Numbered from the stretch's first letter, positions 13,575 to 27,979 are shown. The stretch: DNA of 64,000 nt from Eledone cirrhosa (GCA_964016885.1 OZ024745.1:105338001-105402000); one strand, 5' to 3'. Translations and numbers: made by a program. The notes: generated by a model from the letters alone, not told the origin.

Positions 13575-13918
13575 GTTTCACTGCATTTAAGTTGCATTTT
13601 TTAATCATTTCATTATTCAACTCATCAAAGGTAAAATGCATACAAATTTTAATTCAGGAATAGAATACAATTCAATCAATTTTTTAGCAATTTCTTCAAC
13701 AGATGCTTTTCTATCAGGAAATAGGCATCTTTTTTGAAGAATGCTAATATCAGAGTCTGATGGGGGAACCAATCCTAATTCTTCCCAAAATATCAACATA
13801 GTTGTCTTTGTCTTCTTTTTGTCTCATATTAATGGTTAGCTCATCATATTGAAAGTATTTTCACAATGAATGCCCACTAATGCCAATTTCTGTTCTTTTG
13901 GCATCATATGATGAAATT

Positions 13919-14345
13919 CTAGAAAATACTGGTTTTTTCATTTACAGGTGGCAATTGCATCAAATCACCAAACAAAAGAAGATTCATTTTTCCAAAAGGA
14001 TATGCCATTTTTGGGGGTTCTCCAAAATTTCCATCAAGCCTTTTGTGAATGAATGCCAGCATCAAGTGACTAACCATGCTAATTTCATCAATTATGAACA
14101 ATCTGGCTCCTTCATACATATGGCGAAAAATGTTCAAGTCCACCTTTTGCAATTCCTTGTAATCATTAGAGTTCTGTGTAGAGTATTTCCTTTTATTTGA
14201 AATGCACTCATGCCTGTTGGTCTACATATTATGACAGGAGTTCCATTAGATAGATCAGTCATAAGAGTTATTTTGTCAGACAAAGTGTCAATCAAGAAAC
14301 TTTTGCTTGTTCCACCAACACCAGAAACAAACTTGAGAAGCTGTG
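13919..14345 (-). pseudogene. PIF1-family helicase fragment
   Basis: FVSGVGGTSKSFLI (Walker A, decayed), PTGMSAF, GNTLH, LFIIDEISMVS, PFGKMNLLLFGDLMQLPPV. Confidence 0.9.
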
Positions 14346-14434
14346 AGAAGTCATCACATCTGCATCTGGGTAGAGGCTTGTCTTTATTCCAATGAAGCTC
14401 TTGTTTTTTATCGATAATGTTTATTTGAGTTACT

Positions 14435-14850
14435 TAAGGGAAACTACTTAGTACAGCTACGATGGATTTATACTAGAGTTATGTTCCATAGCGTTACTCC
14501 TCATCTGATTTCGTCACTTAAAGTCACACAACTCGATTTCTATGGCACCAATCTTTTCAATATTGACAAATGTCGATTCAGCTTATCGAGTTCTATCTAC
14601 TGAGAGAGGTTGCATGAAATTAGATTCGAAATTTAAAAAGTTATGATGAGTCAAAATCAATGAGGTGCCTTATCCCCCACTACTACACCACACATATTTT
14701 TGCGTAAATTTTTTCTACTGACCCAAATTTCAATTTCCTTACACCAAAATGTAGCCTGGGATGAGCCCATTCTACCTGATCAAATTTGGTTGAGAACTGA
14801 ATTAGTGACAAGTCCTAGAAGTGGCTGTCGTTGGGAAAAAGTTGACCTTA
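14435..14850. mobile_element. Possible TTAA-flanked (Kolobok-like) non-autonomous element
   Basis: TTAA-GGGAAACT ... AGTTGACC-TTAA; imperfect TIR. Confidence 0.35.
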
Positions 14851-15328
14851 AGAACATTAATCACACACTACCGTGTGTGAATGATGTATATCAACTAGAA
14901 ATAGATTGATATATATATAGATATATATAAAATAAACATATGGAACAATCACAGGAAATAATTTGTAAATTATGTAAGCACACATAGCTAGGTAGGTAAC
15001 CAATTAAAGATTAACTAGAGCTTCAAATATAGATACCTTTAAAATGATTAATCTCCTTTTTATATATTTCTTTAAATAAAAAATATATTTCACCAATTAA
15101 TCAGTAAATCACAGTAGTTAAATCCTGGATGGTCACCAAAAGAGAAGAAATACCATCTGCGTTTACAAAGCAAATGCAAATCTGTGAATGACTTGAACCA
15201 TGTGTTGCATTTAAAAAAAAATACACACATCGCACAGCGTCATTCCAGTGGCGTGAATCGACAGCTAGAAATAGCAGCCGAGTCCATTCAACTGAGTTAG
15301 CTCTACAATTAAGGGGCCATATATATAT

Positions 15329-15476
15329 ATCCAAAATTAAATTAAGGGTTATCATGTCTGAGAGATATGCGCCATATCCTCTAGTTGATATGAAATGCTC
15401 GGATCTATTCTTTGAGCTTATTCTGCAGAGGATATGGCGCATGTCTCTCAAACATGACAACCCTTAATTTAATTTT

Positions 15477-15479
<3 letters not shown>
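15329..15479 (+). mobile_element. Fold-back element with probable HHR 3' half
   Basis: About 53-bp inverted arms; GAAA TGCTC..GAGC TTA; related to 36825-36955 and 14887-14975. Confidence 0.65.
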
Positions 15480-16073
<594 letters not shown>

Positions 16074-16096
16074 TGTATATATATACCTACATACAC

Positions 16097-16330
16097 TATG
16101 GAGGCACGTGCCCTAGTGGTAAGGATGTCGGACTTACAATCATAATGCCGTGGGTTCGATTCCTGAGTTTCGTGTTGTGTTCTTGAGCTAAACGCATTTC
16201 ACGTTGCTCCAGTATATGCAGCTCAAAATTAGTACCACCAATAGCTGGGGTTTTAACTCCTGCGATGGCCTGGCGTCCTGTCTTGTACTCTCAGTCGCAC
16301 CGGCCAAATGAGCCTTCTGGTTTAAGACAG
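16097..16330 (+). mobile_element. CORE-type SINE
   Basis: tRNA head GGTTCGATTCC plus TGTGTTCTTGAGC motif. Confidence 0.75.
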
Positions 16331-16875
16331 ACTTTAGACATACATACACATACACACATGTATCTATATGTATATATCTGAATACACATATGTTATATCT
16401 AAAAAAAAATATATATATTCTGTTCCCACATCTTCTCACTCACTATATTTCTATTTCATCTCTAATTTCTCATTTTATCTTCTTATGAAGAACACAACAC
16501 GAAACTCAGGAATCGAACCCACGACATTATGTCCGAAACGTAAAGACTCTTTTCCTACTCTTTTCCGACTATATCAACACAAAGGAAAATATAAATAGAA
16601 TTTTAAATTAGGTAAAACAGTTGCTTTACTTACACCAAAACTCTTTTTTATAGAGGAAGTCAATATCACACCATTTATATTCCTCTGTGATTATTTTACA
16701 GTAGCACTGAAAAGTATTCTATTATACAAAACAAATTAGCCAGGATGCTTAATAAAATAACCCCTCCAAATCAATATTTAACATAAAAACATATTTAATG
16801 CCTCCAGATTGCAAGTAAACGGTGTGGTTAGATCCTATCTCTCGTTCCACAGACATACACGTACAAAGAGAGAGA

Positions 16876-16962
<87 letters not shown>

Positions 16963-17134
16963 GGCACACACACGTATACACACAAACACACAAACATGTA
17001 TACATATATAGGGGCAGGCATGGCTTTGTGGTTAAGGAGTTCACTTTGAAAACACGTGTCACCTTTGATAAGTGACTTCTACTATAGCTTCGAATCTACC
17101 AGTGTTGTTTGTGTAAAATTTGCCAGACAGAATT

Positions 17135-17174
<40 letters not shown>

Positions 17175-17179
17175 AATGT

Positions 17180-17903
<724 letters not shown>

Positions 17904-17925
17904 TAATAATATATATATATATATA

Positions 17926-18152
17926 GTTATAATAATAAATTTGAAGACTAAAATCCAAAGAGGGCTCGATAAGGATATATATAAATCAAATATATAAGAA
18001 CCGTAGAGCAAATATTTAACGGGATCTTCTGAAACTATCAAAGTCAATCTGTGAACGCAGAAGTAAATATTTACTTCTGCGTTCACAGAAGATCCCGTTA
18101 AGGGTGAAAGCAGCGATTCTTTGCTTAAACTTTAATCTGTTATTTTAATAAA
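17926..18152. mobile_element. Fold-back copy of the U4A-HHR family
   Basis: Matches 1886-2350; apex GTAAATATTTAC; microhomology deletions in both arms. Confidence 0.85.
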
Positions 18153-18258
18153 TATATATATATGTATGTATATATATATATGTATATATATGTATATTTA
18201 TATATGTATGTGTATATATATATGTATGTATATATATACATGTATATATATATGTATA

Positions 18259-18290
<32 letters not shown>

Positions 18291-18341
18291 CATATATATA
18301 TACATACTTATATAAATATACATATATATACATATATATAC

Positions 18342-18391
<50 letters not shown>

Positions 18392-19499
18392 ATATATATG
18401 TATATATACGTATGTATATATGTGTGTATATATATATATATATACACATACAAACACACAAATATAAATATATATATGCGTGTGTGTGTTTGTATAATTA
18501 AGATATCCTTACATGCATAAGTATACACATTTGAAATGCACGCATCTACTTCAATATGTGTGTATATCTGTGTGATATATGTATGCAAGTATGTAATCGT
18601 GTGTGTGTATGTGTGTCTGTATGTCTGTGTGCGTGTAGGTACTGTTTTTTCTCAAAACACCTAACAAAACCTTAACACACACACTAAGGTTGTGGTTTTA
18701 TACATAAAAAAAACATCACACATTCAGCCAGTCATGAAAACAAACTAACAGACCAACCAACCAACCAATCAACCAGCCAGCCAACCAAAGAGCCAGCCAA
18801 CCAAACAGCCAGCCAACCAACCAGCTAACCAATCAACCAACCAGCCACCAGTCAGCTATCCATTCAACAAACCGACTAAGTTATCTACCAAACTAACTAA
18901 CCATCCAACCAACTAACCGATTAAACCAACCAACAAACATTACAAAGCAAGAGTCGAACCGACAATGATACAAATACTCTCACAAACGCTTCAAACAGAG
19001 AAGAAAAAAAACTGGAGTACAGCATAGTACAACAGTATATAAACATACTAGAAAGAAAACAATAAAAATACAATAAAAGCAAAATCTAAGAAAGTCTGAA
19101 AGGAATAAAAAACAACTTTATCGTAATCGAATAAAAAAGACAAAAGGGTTGGGAAAAATAAACGAAGGAAATCAAATGTTTCGTTTTCATTGATGTAAGA
19201 TTGTTATTTTAGTTGCTTCTTTTCTATTCTGTCTTTCTTTCATGTTTTGTTTGTTTCATTCATTAGTTTTTCATTTTTAAATTCATTTTTGTGTTCTTTT
19301 TCTAGTTTACTTATCTCTATTTCGTTTCTTCATTCTTTCTTTTTCTTCCTCTTCTTCTCAAATTTTCAGAAAATGTAATAAAAGTAACAAAACGAAACGA
19401 AACACGCACACATACACGCATACACACCCACTTACACACATACACACCCACTTACACACATACACACACACACACTACATGGTTAAAACAAGAATTTAA

Positions 19500-21000
19500 T
19501 GTAGCCTAAAGTTTCATGTCCTTAGAAAAATCATTGGATGATAATGTAGCCCATGGAACTGTCTTTTTCTCGCATAGCAGACAGGAATTTGTCCAATACT
19601 TTTGTGCCCGCAATGTTAGGCTTCTTTTCTGTCATGTATTGATATTAAAACGGAATGCAGAACAACATATTAATTAATCCATTTGATACTCTGGTAATCA
19701 TCGAATAAATTTCGTTTGAGATCAGATCTGAGCTCACCGGAGCCACGACACGAATATACTCAGTCGGTGTTGTTTTCTTTATCATTGTCCTCAGTGTAAG
19801 TCAGCTGTGCTCTTCTGTTAACTTTCCCTTTTGGTAAAAGATTGTGCGCGATTTTCATTCATCCAGCAATAAAATGTACTTCATTCAAAATTTGTGACCA
19901 TGTAGCATATTATGATTGCACCGTAAGGATACACATTGAGGAAGGTACGTTTTCTATTCTCGTCATGAACGAGTATTGCGTGGGATTAAGAAACAAGGGT
20001 CGTATTTCAGTAAGATGAACAACAAATGGCTTCACATTTTTCACATGCTCTGTGCATCTGCTCCTTGAGAATAAACCAGCGCTGTGAACTGGAAGAAAAC
20101 AAATAGATAATTGTCTGCAAATAGATAATTTGTCCCAAAATAATGTAACTGCATATATCTTTAGAAAATTATAGGTACATCAAGAATAAGTCATAATTGT
20201 TTTACAATAAGCATGAACTGTTCAGTACCTTAGCACTTCTCAGTGTATTACTTATGAATGTCACACATATCAACAACGAGTGACAAACGTTGTCTTCTCC
20301 AGGTGACTAGAAACTTAGGGTACACGAAGAATGCTTACATAATAATACATAGCTCATATTTCTTTCACGATAGGATTTCAAAAGTAATCTGTTCAGTTGT
20401 TGATGAATTCAACTTAATATAATCCTGAAAGATTGTGAACTTGAAGTCATTCACCTTTTTCTTGCGAATCTTTGCGGCATGTTCAGTTAAAAGTGCATTG
20501 TTACGGACCTGGAGTTATCATTATTACTGTTTCTAATTTGCCTGAATGGGCTACGGAAACAATGTAATCTTTTTCAATGATAAATCAGTGCATTAACTAT
20601 CCTTATGGATATATTTCTTCACATTTCAATCATGCTAGTGTTTCCATTGAGAGGCATCAAATAGGACCCAGTATCACTTTCTAAACTCGTCTGGAAATGA
20701 CAGCATTTTAGATAACAGTTCTTGTATGTCCATATGTTCATAATCAGGCAACCTGTTAAGCAGTTTTCTCCATTTCTGTTCTGCATCCCAAGCTTCCTTA
20801 TATGCTATGATTGATTGTATACTCTTCAGTTGTGCTCCAGCCCACTATATAATAGCTAATTTCACAAAGCAGGTAATACAATAATTGAATACAATACAGA
20901 TATTGTTTTCTCTCGGTTTCGTCATTTGCTCTTCTGACTTTGAGGACAAACTTTGAAAACCTTCGCCCGGTAAAATGGGGTTCCTTTCCAAACATATCTT
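19500..21000 (-). pseudogene. Heavily decayed hAT (ZMYM1/TTF-finger-like) transposase
   Basis: GRRFSKF..RKQYLYC and LFSSSSQRWFILK resemble hAT motifs; many stops. Confidence 0.45.
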
Positions 21001-21877
21001 TTAAGTTGGGGTTATTAAGTAAACAAAGTTATGTAAAACCTGAATACTTGCGTTGGAAGTGGGTTTTTGAATAAAGTTTTGGGTTTTGAATTGTTGGAAT
21101 TAATTTTCTTTTCTTTTTTTTCCGAAATAGAATTTTACATTAATTTAATATTCCATCATTGAAAAACATATAACTCCCCGAAATGTTTGAAATAGAATGA
21201 AGATTGCCGAGAAATATTCAACTAAACTTCAATAGTAATTCTGTTGGGAAAATCTGGAAAAATATAAGGAATATAGCAATATTTATTTCTTAATAATTCT
21301 GATACATATTATGAGAATATTTCAGATATTAAATTTTCGTCTATATATTTTAATTTAAATATTGCTGTTTTGCCTTAACTTTAATTTAAATATTGCTATT
21401 TTGTCTCAATTATATCAGCATTCGTTAATCATTATCGATTTGGATGAGTTACGAATCAATACGAGATGGAAAATAATCAATTAGCAACATTTCAGCGAGG
21501 TTAAGTTAAGTACAAAGTTTAGTTGTTTTAATTGCGCTCAATTTAAAAGAACACTCAATTGAAAACTTCAATATTGATACATTTAATAAGATATTGCGAA
21601 TAAGATATTAAGTGGTAACAACAAAAACAAAACAATGAAAATTCTCTTGATATGAATTTTAACCTTGATACTTAACTCAATATGGATACTATGCTATATA
21701 TTTTTTTTGAAAGGTTTCAGCAGGTGATTCAGCTTTAGGTTAATCATGTAGTTGTCAGTTTTGTCAATGATGTTCGATTTTATAGGTATCAGTAGTCACG
21801 TTTCTAAAGGATTCAATCAATTATGTGGTTAGTAGTGTTAGGAAGGATGCTCACTGCTTCTGTGGGGGAGCATTTTT

Positions 21878-22262
21878 GTTTCTACTTTTGGCACAAGGCC
21901 AGCTATTACCCAGTACATTACTGGTACTTTATTTTATCGACCCCGTAGGGATGAAAGGCAAAGTCAACCTCAGCGGGATTTGAACTCAGACTGTAAAGGG
22001 ACGTAACTATGCTAGAAAGCATGGCGTCCGACCCTCTACTGATACTGCCAATCCACCGCCCTTATAGAGTTATAATTGTTTCTACTTTAGGCACAAGGCC
22101 AGCTATTACCCAGTACATTACTGGTACTTTATTTTATCGACCCCGTAGGGATGAAAGGCAAAGTCAACCTCAGCGGGATTTGAACTCAGACTGTAAAGGG
22201 ACGTAACTATGCTAGAAAACATGGCGTCCGACCCTCTACTGATACTGCCAAACCACCGCCCT
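21878..22262 (-). mobile_element. Tandem dimer of SINE family A
   Basis: Two near-identical 200-bp units including the flank CTTATAGAGTTATAAT. Confidence 0.9.
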
Positions 22263-22327
22263 TATAGAGTTATAATGATGTATGGTAGGTGTGGTGACGT
22301 TTTGCTACATATTAAATTTTCGCGCAA

Positions 22328-22543
22328 TTGGTGGATGTGGAAGTATCGGTAGAGCGCCGGACACCATGCTTCGCGGTATAGAGTTACGGCCCTTTACGTT
22401 GTGAGTTCAAATTCCGCCGAGCTTAGCTTTGCTTTTCATCATTACGGGGTCAATAAGTGAAGCACCAGTAATTCACCGGGGTCGATTTAATAGACTTTCC
22501 TCGCCCCTTGAAATTGCTGGCCTTTTGCCTAAAATAGAAACAT
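22328..22543 (+). mobile_element. Diverged SINE family A variant
   Basis: Same head and tail, longer middle. Confidence 0.8.
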
Positions 22544-22762
22544 TTTTGCGCAGTATTTGGGCAATTCTATTATTTCAGATGCCGCAATATGGGACCACGT
22601 GGCAGAGATCGAAACTAATTTAATGCTGTTCCCTTCTTTCAGCGAGAATGATTTCCATTCTCGATGTATTTAGGGCAAAGTAGAAGTATGGAATATGATG
22701 TAACATATATTATCTATTTGCTTTCGAACATATATTTTGAGACATTTAAATTGTTTTTAACA

Positions 22763-22880
<118 letters not shown>

Positions 22881-22881
22881 T

Positions 22882-23062
22882 GTCGTCACATGGTACCATG
22901 GGCCCAGCACTATGTGTCAATAATTGTCACAAGTGTAGTGTTTGTACCAGAGTTTTCAAGTCGCTGGCTGGACTAAAAAGTGACACTCGTAGGGGTTCGG
23001 TAGGGGTTCTCCTACATGGATATAAAGTAGTGGCCGTACTCGAAAAGGAGTTGGCAGCCACC
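22882..23062 (+). mobile_element. RTE-type 3' end fragment
   Basis: Closely matches 17605-17789. Confidence 0.75.
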
Positions 23063-23063
23063 A

Positions 23064-23094
<31 letters not shown>

Positions 23095-23150
23095 GTGTAT
23101 ATATATATATATAATATATAAGAACAAAAGATGGTTAAAAGAGTTCCATG

Positions 23151-23221
23151 TATTTTATTATGCGCATTTCAAAAACAAATATCATCATGCAATAATATTT
23201 GTGTTTTCATCAGATAAAACA
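23151..23221 (-). ncRNA. Type I hammerhead in element 23120-23324
   Basis: Minus strand: TGTTTTAT CTGATGA ..ACAAATATT..GATATTTGT.. GAAA TGCGCA TA ATAAAATA. Confidence 0.88.
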
Positions 23222-23323
23222 GGAAGACGTGATATGAAGATTAAAAAACACTTGTGGATAGTGCAGTTTTAAATCAACATATCTGCATTGCTTTATTGTA
23301 CTACAATAAAACTCACCTCCTAC

Positions 23324-23737
<414 letters not shown>

Positions 23738-23940
23738 GTATATATATATATATACGAAATAAATATGGTTTTATAAATATAGTTTCCATTTATTTAATAT
23801 CATAAATATACTCCAAATACTTGTTGAGTGCTTTTATATCAGTTATAAATATTTACTCGTTGTTAACCCAACAATTTAAATATAACTTTCCATGTATCTT
23901 GCTCCAATACTGTTGAGCGCTTTATATTATAACTGAAAAA

Positions 23941-25518
23941 TTGGAATTCTTTAAGATTACTTCCTCTTTAAAAGACATACCTCTACCTAGAAACAAAGAC
24001 TTTATAAAACAATTAATAGATAAATCTGACTCTTTTATAAGGAGAATCAGGTGGCGAGCATTCCACTTTGATAAATCTAATATAAATGAAAATGTCTCGG
24101 ACTTAAACAAAGTTTTCAAATCCAAAAGAAATCCACCCCCCAACAAACTTTTATCTGACTTTGAAAACGATATAATTTCTATCATACAAGGAGTCAAATT
24201 CAAGAGAAACTTCAAAGGCCAGGAATATCTGAAAGGCATTAGGGATAATATTGAGAGCTTAGAGAAAACTGAGAAGATCTTGGTAAAATCTGACAAGACC
24301 AACAACCTCTATGGAGTGCAGAAAGACATGTATAATGGCCTCATACTAAAAGAACTGAGGAAAAAGTACAAGGTAGCAGATAAGGCCGAGCTAGAGAAAA
24401 TGAATGTTGAGGCATCTTGTATAATGCACGAGTTGGAAATTGAGAACAGAACACAACCTTTCGTGCCCAGGAAACCGAAGATCAATATGAAAGATCATAA
24501 GAGAAATTTTGAGAATGACTTGCCAGTCAGATTGATTGCACCATCAAAATCGGACCTGGGTAAACTAAGCAAAAACATTCTTGACAGGGTGATACAGCAA
24601 ATTAAAAACTTGAGTTGTTTACCTAACCTGAGCTTGTGGAAGGGAACTGGTGAGGTTGTTGAGTGGTTTAAGCAAATTAAATATAACAATAATAATAAGT
24701 TTATTCAACTTGATATTGCTAACTATTATTCTTCCATTACCCCTAATCTACTAAATAAGGCACTAAATTACGCATTCAAACATACAGACCTAACTAGCAA
24801 TGAAATGCACATTATATTATCGGCTAGGAAAACATTGATAGAATTTAATGACCAACTATGGACCCGAGCAGATAGAGATAACAATTTTGACATTACTATG
24901 GGATCATCCGACTCAGCTCAGGTAACTGACCTTGTGGGCTTATTTTTAATCAATTCGCTGCATAGGAAAATACCTGGTACTACCGGAGGTTTATATAGAG
25001 ATGACATGCTTTTACTTATTGATAATAATAACTCTGAACTAAATAGAAAAAGAAAACAAATTACACAATTTTTTAATCACTTTAATCTAAAAATAGAAAT
25101 CGAGAATAACCATAGAATAGTCAACTTCCTAGATATAACATTAAATCTCAACACATGTCTTCACTATCCATTTCACAAGTTGAATGAAAACTTAAACTAT
25201 GTCAGCTTTAACTCTAACCACCCCAGATCTGTTAAAAAGACTATAGTAAACTCTGTTCAATCACGTATCTCTAGAATCTCATCTAATAAAAAGATTTTCG
25301 ACGAAAAAGCCCATTATTACAATGAAGCGTTAGCTAGAGCAGGATATAGTGATAAAATTATGTACATAGATAAGGATAAACAAATTAAACAAAATAACAA
25401 CTATTTTAATTACGGCCACAACCTTAACAACTATAATAGAAAGCATTACAATAATTCCAAAAGCCATAAAAGAAATAGAACTAGGAATATAATATGGTTC
25501 CCCCCCCTTTCTCACTAA
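23941..25518 (+). CDS. PLE reverse transcriptase (5' part of frameshifted ORF)
   Basis: KSDKT, VRLIAP, QLDIANYYSSI, ITMGSSDSAQVTDL, LYRDD, NFLDITL, SNHP; no ATG at the 5' end of the frame (TTG). Confidence 0.92.
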   Translation: MEFFKITSSLKDIPLPRNKDFIKQLIDKSDSFIRRIRWRAFHFDKSNINENVSDLNKVFKSKRNPPPNKLLSDFENDIISIIQGVKFKRNFKGQEYLKGIRDNIESLEKTEKILVKSDKTNNLYGVQKDMYNGLILKELRKKYKVADKAELEKMNVEASCIMHELEIENRTQPFVPRKPKINMKDHKRNFENDLPVRLIAPSKSDLGKLSKNILDRVIQQIKNLSCLPNLSLWKGTGEVVEWFKQIKYNNNNKFIQLDIANYYSSITPNLLNKALNYAFKHTDLTSNEMHIILSARKTLIEFNDQLWTRADRDNNFDITMGSSDSAQVTDLVGLFLINSLHRKIPGTTGGLYRDDMLLLIDNNNSELNRKRKQITQFFNHFNLKIEIENNHRIVNFLDITLNLNTCLHYPFHKLNENLNYVSFNSNHPRSVKKTIVNSVQSRISRISSNKKIFDEKAHYYNEALARAGYSDKIMYIDKDKQIKQNNNYFNYGHNLNNYNRKHYNNSKSHKRNRTRNIIWFPPLSH

Positions 25519-26153
25519 ACATTAAAACCCACATTGCTAAACTATTTTTTAAAGCTCTTGATAATCGCTTCCCTAGAACACATAGGTATCACTCAATTTT
25601 CAATAGACATACTATAAAACTAACCTACTCATCCACCAAAAATTTAGCGCAAAATATTAATAGAATAAATAACAGGAACTTAAAACCTAGCGATAATAGC
25701 ATAAATAATATCCAAGTTAACAAATGTAACTGTAGAGATAGATCTAAATGTCCGTTAAATAACAACTGCTTAGTTAAAAATATAATATACAACTGTAATG
25801 TTAAAACGGACGTTAATTCTTTTAACTACGTTGGTTCTACATCGACGGAATTTAAACTTCGCTATAACAACCACAATAATTCTTTCACAGATCCATCCAA
25901 AAGATCTTCAACAGCACTATCAGGCGTACTCTGGCAACTTAGGCATGATAACGTTAGATATTCGACGACTTGGAATATAGTTTCAAGGGGGATTCCTTTT
26001 AATTCATCCTCTGAGACATGTAACCTCTGTGCGGAGGAGATATTCTTTATACTAAAATCTAAAAATTCCCTTAATCTACGGACAAATTTATTCAGTTGCT
26101 GCAGACATAGATTGAACTCAACGTTTAAATATAAATTTAAATTTAAAATGTAG
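25494..26153 (+). CDS. PLE linker + GIY-YIG endonuclease (3' part of same ORF)
   Basis: CNCRDRSKCPLNNNCL, IIY..NYVGST..FKLRYNNH, CNLC..E, CRH; joined by 1-nt indel in C8 run 25500-25507. Confidence 0.9.
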   Translation: MVPPPFSLNIKTHIAKLFFKALDNRFPRTHRYHSIFNRHTIKLTYSSTKNLAQNINRINNRNLKPSDNSINNIQVNKCNCRDRSKCPLNNNCLVKNIIYNCNVKTDVNSFNYVGSTSTEFKLRYNNHNNSFTDPSKRSSTALSGVLWQLRHDNVRYSTTWNIVSRGIPFNSSSETCNLCAEEIFFILKSKNSLNLRTNLFSCCRHRLNSTFKYKFKFKM

Positions 26154-27456
26154 TTATGTTTGATTTGATTTGTAATTATTTATGAAAATAGCCGATAAAT
26201 CTTTCGATTTCTTCTTTTTATTAAAACATTCTCTTTATTAAAACATTCTTCATGAATAATTAAACTACCCTAAAAGCTGATGCTCCAAATATATCAAATT
26301 AAATTTTACACTAGATAAACTTCTATATTAAATATAAGAACATATGTAGACCAAATGGGTATCCTAAACTTTTGGAATGATTTCTGCTAGACAGGATTTG
26401 GTAAACAATTTTTGTTTTATCTGTTTCGACTCTGATGCTTATGATGAACTTGGCAATATATTGTCAATTAACTTTGAAAGGCTGATCTCTGTGGCCGATT
26501 TGCGTGGCATACTATGTTTAATTTTTATTATTTTTTAATATTTTGTAATATTTTTATTTTTAATATTAAATGTTTTAGTTTTCTGTTTATTTATTTATTT
26601 ATTTTCTTGTCTCTGATATTTTTATTTTTATTTTTATTTTTATTTTTATTTTTATTTTTATTTTTATTAATATATTGAAATCTGTTCTATATTTCTGCTT
26701 GATCGACAATCATGTAGAGTAAAGAAAAGTATAGTATTGTTAAAATTAATATAGACTCTATATATATGTGTATATATACACACATATATGTATACTTGAA
26801 TTTTTATAGCACAATGAGAATGTTTTCGTGTGAATTGGGAGTTTGTTTATAATTATGATATAAATATATGAATTTTTAAAAACTAGACATAAGATCATTA
26901 CTTTTCACACATTATAGATACATGTCTCATTCCTGAATACTGATATTTACATTATAATGCCTGTTTTATACGAACTAATATTTTCTACAGGATGAAGCAT
27001 AGCGTTTTTAAATTCTACCTCGTTTATGTCTGGTTATTTTTCATTTTCTCTTTTTTCTCTCTATATAACGGCTATTTTCTCTCTTAACTACATACATCTC
27101 TCTTTACATTAATACTAGAGCTAAATAAATAAATAAATAAATAAATAAATGTATCAACCGATACTCAACTTCCTAGTTTCTCTATCTATCTCTATCTATC
27201 TCTTTCTTTTTTTTCCTCTCTCTATATATATTTCTCTCTGTTTCTTTACATGAAGTTCTTCTCTTTATCTATCTTTCTATATCTCTCTATTTAGTCACAT
27301 GCATTTCTTCTTTTTCTTCGTTTCTCTTTCTTTCTTTCTTTTTCTCTTTCTTTTTACAACTGTCCACAATATTTTTTACTGCCAAATCAACCTCCCAAAT
27401 GCAAGGTGATTGAAAGGTATGTCGTATCTATTTATTTATAAGACTGTTTATATTGT

Positions 27457-27520
27457 ATTTTGTCTGAAGAAGGCATAACATATTGTTAATATGATATCCT
27501 TGAAATATATATAACGAAAT
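27457..27520 (+). ncRNA. Type I hammerhead of the 3' pLTR
   Basis: ATTTTGT CTGAAGA AGG..CATATT-GTT-AATATG..CCT-T GAAA TATATA TA|ACGAAAT; cut after 27513. Confidence 0.88.
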
Positions 27521-27732
27521 AAATATGGTTTTATAAATATAGTTTCCATTTATTTAATATCATAAATATACTCCAAATACTTGTTGAGTGCTTTTATATC
27601 AGTTATAAATATTTACTCGTTGTTAACCCAACAATTTAAATATAACTTTCCATGTATATATGTATATATATATGTATATATATATATATGTATATTCATA
27701 TATATGTATATATATATGTATATACATATATA

Positions 27733-27763
<31 letters not shown>

Positions 27764-27793
27764 GTATATATATTTATATGTATATATATATAT

Positions 27794-27877
<84 letters not shown>

Positions 27878-27928
27878 GTAGGAGGTGAGTTTTATTGTAG
27901 TACAATAAACAATGCAGATATATATACA

Positions 27929-27979
<51 letters not shown>

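Larger units (their letters stand above)
11128..14430 (-). mobile_element. Decayed Helitron-superfamily element
   Basis: PIF1 and USP remnants on minus strand; 3' end hairpin ATGCGCCCGCAT then CTAG|T at 11128; 5' boundary uncertain. Confidence 0.7.
23754..27657 (+). mobile_element. Near-intact Penelope-like retroelement (probably Hydra clade) in (TA)n
   Basis: RT + C-terminal GIY-YIG; identical 144-bp direct repeats 23754-23897 and 27514-27657; HHR in 3' pLTR. Confidence 0.93.
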
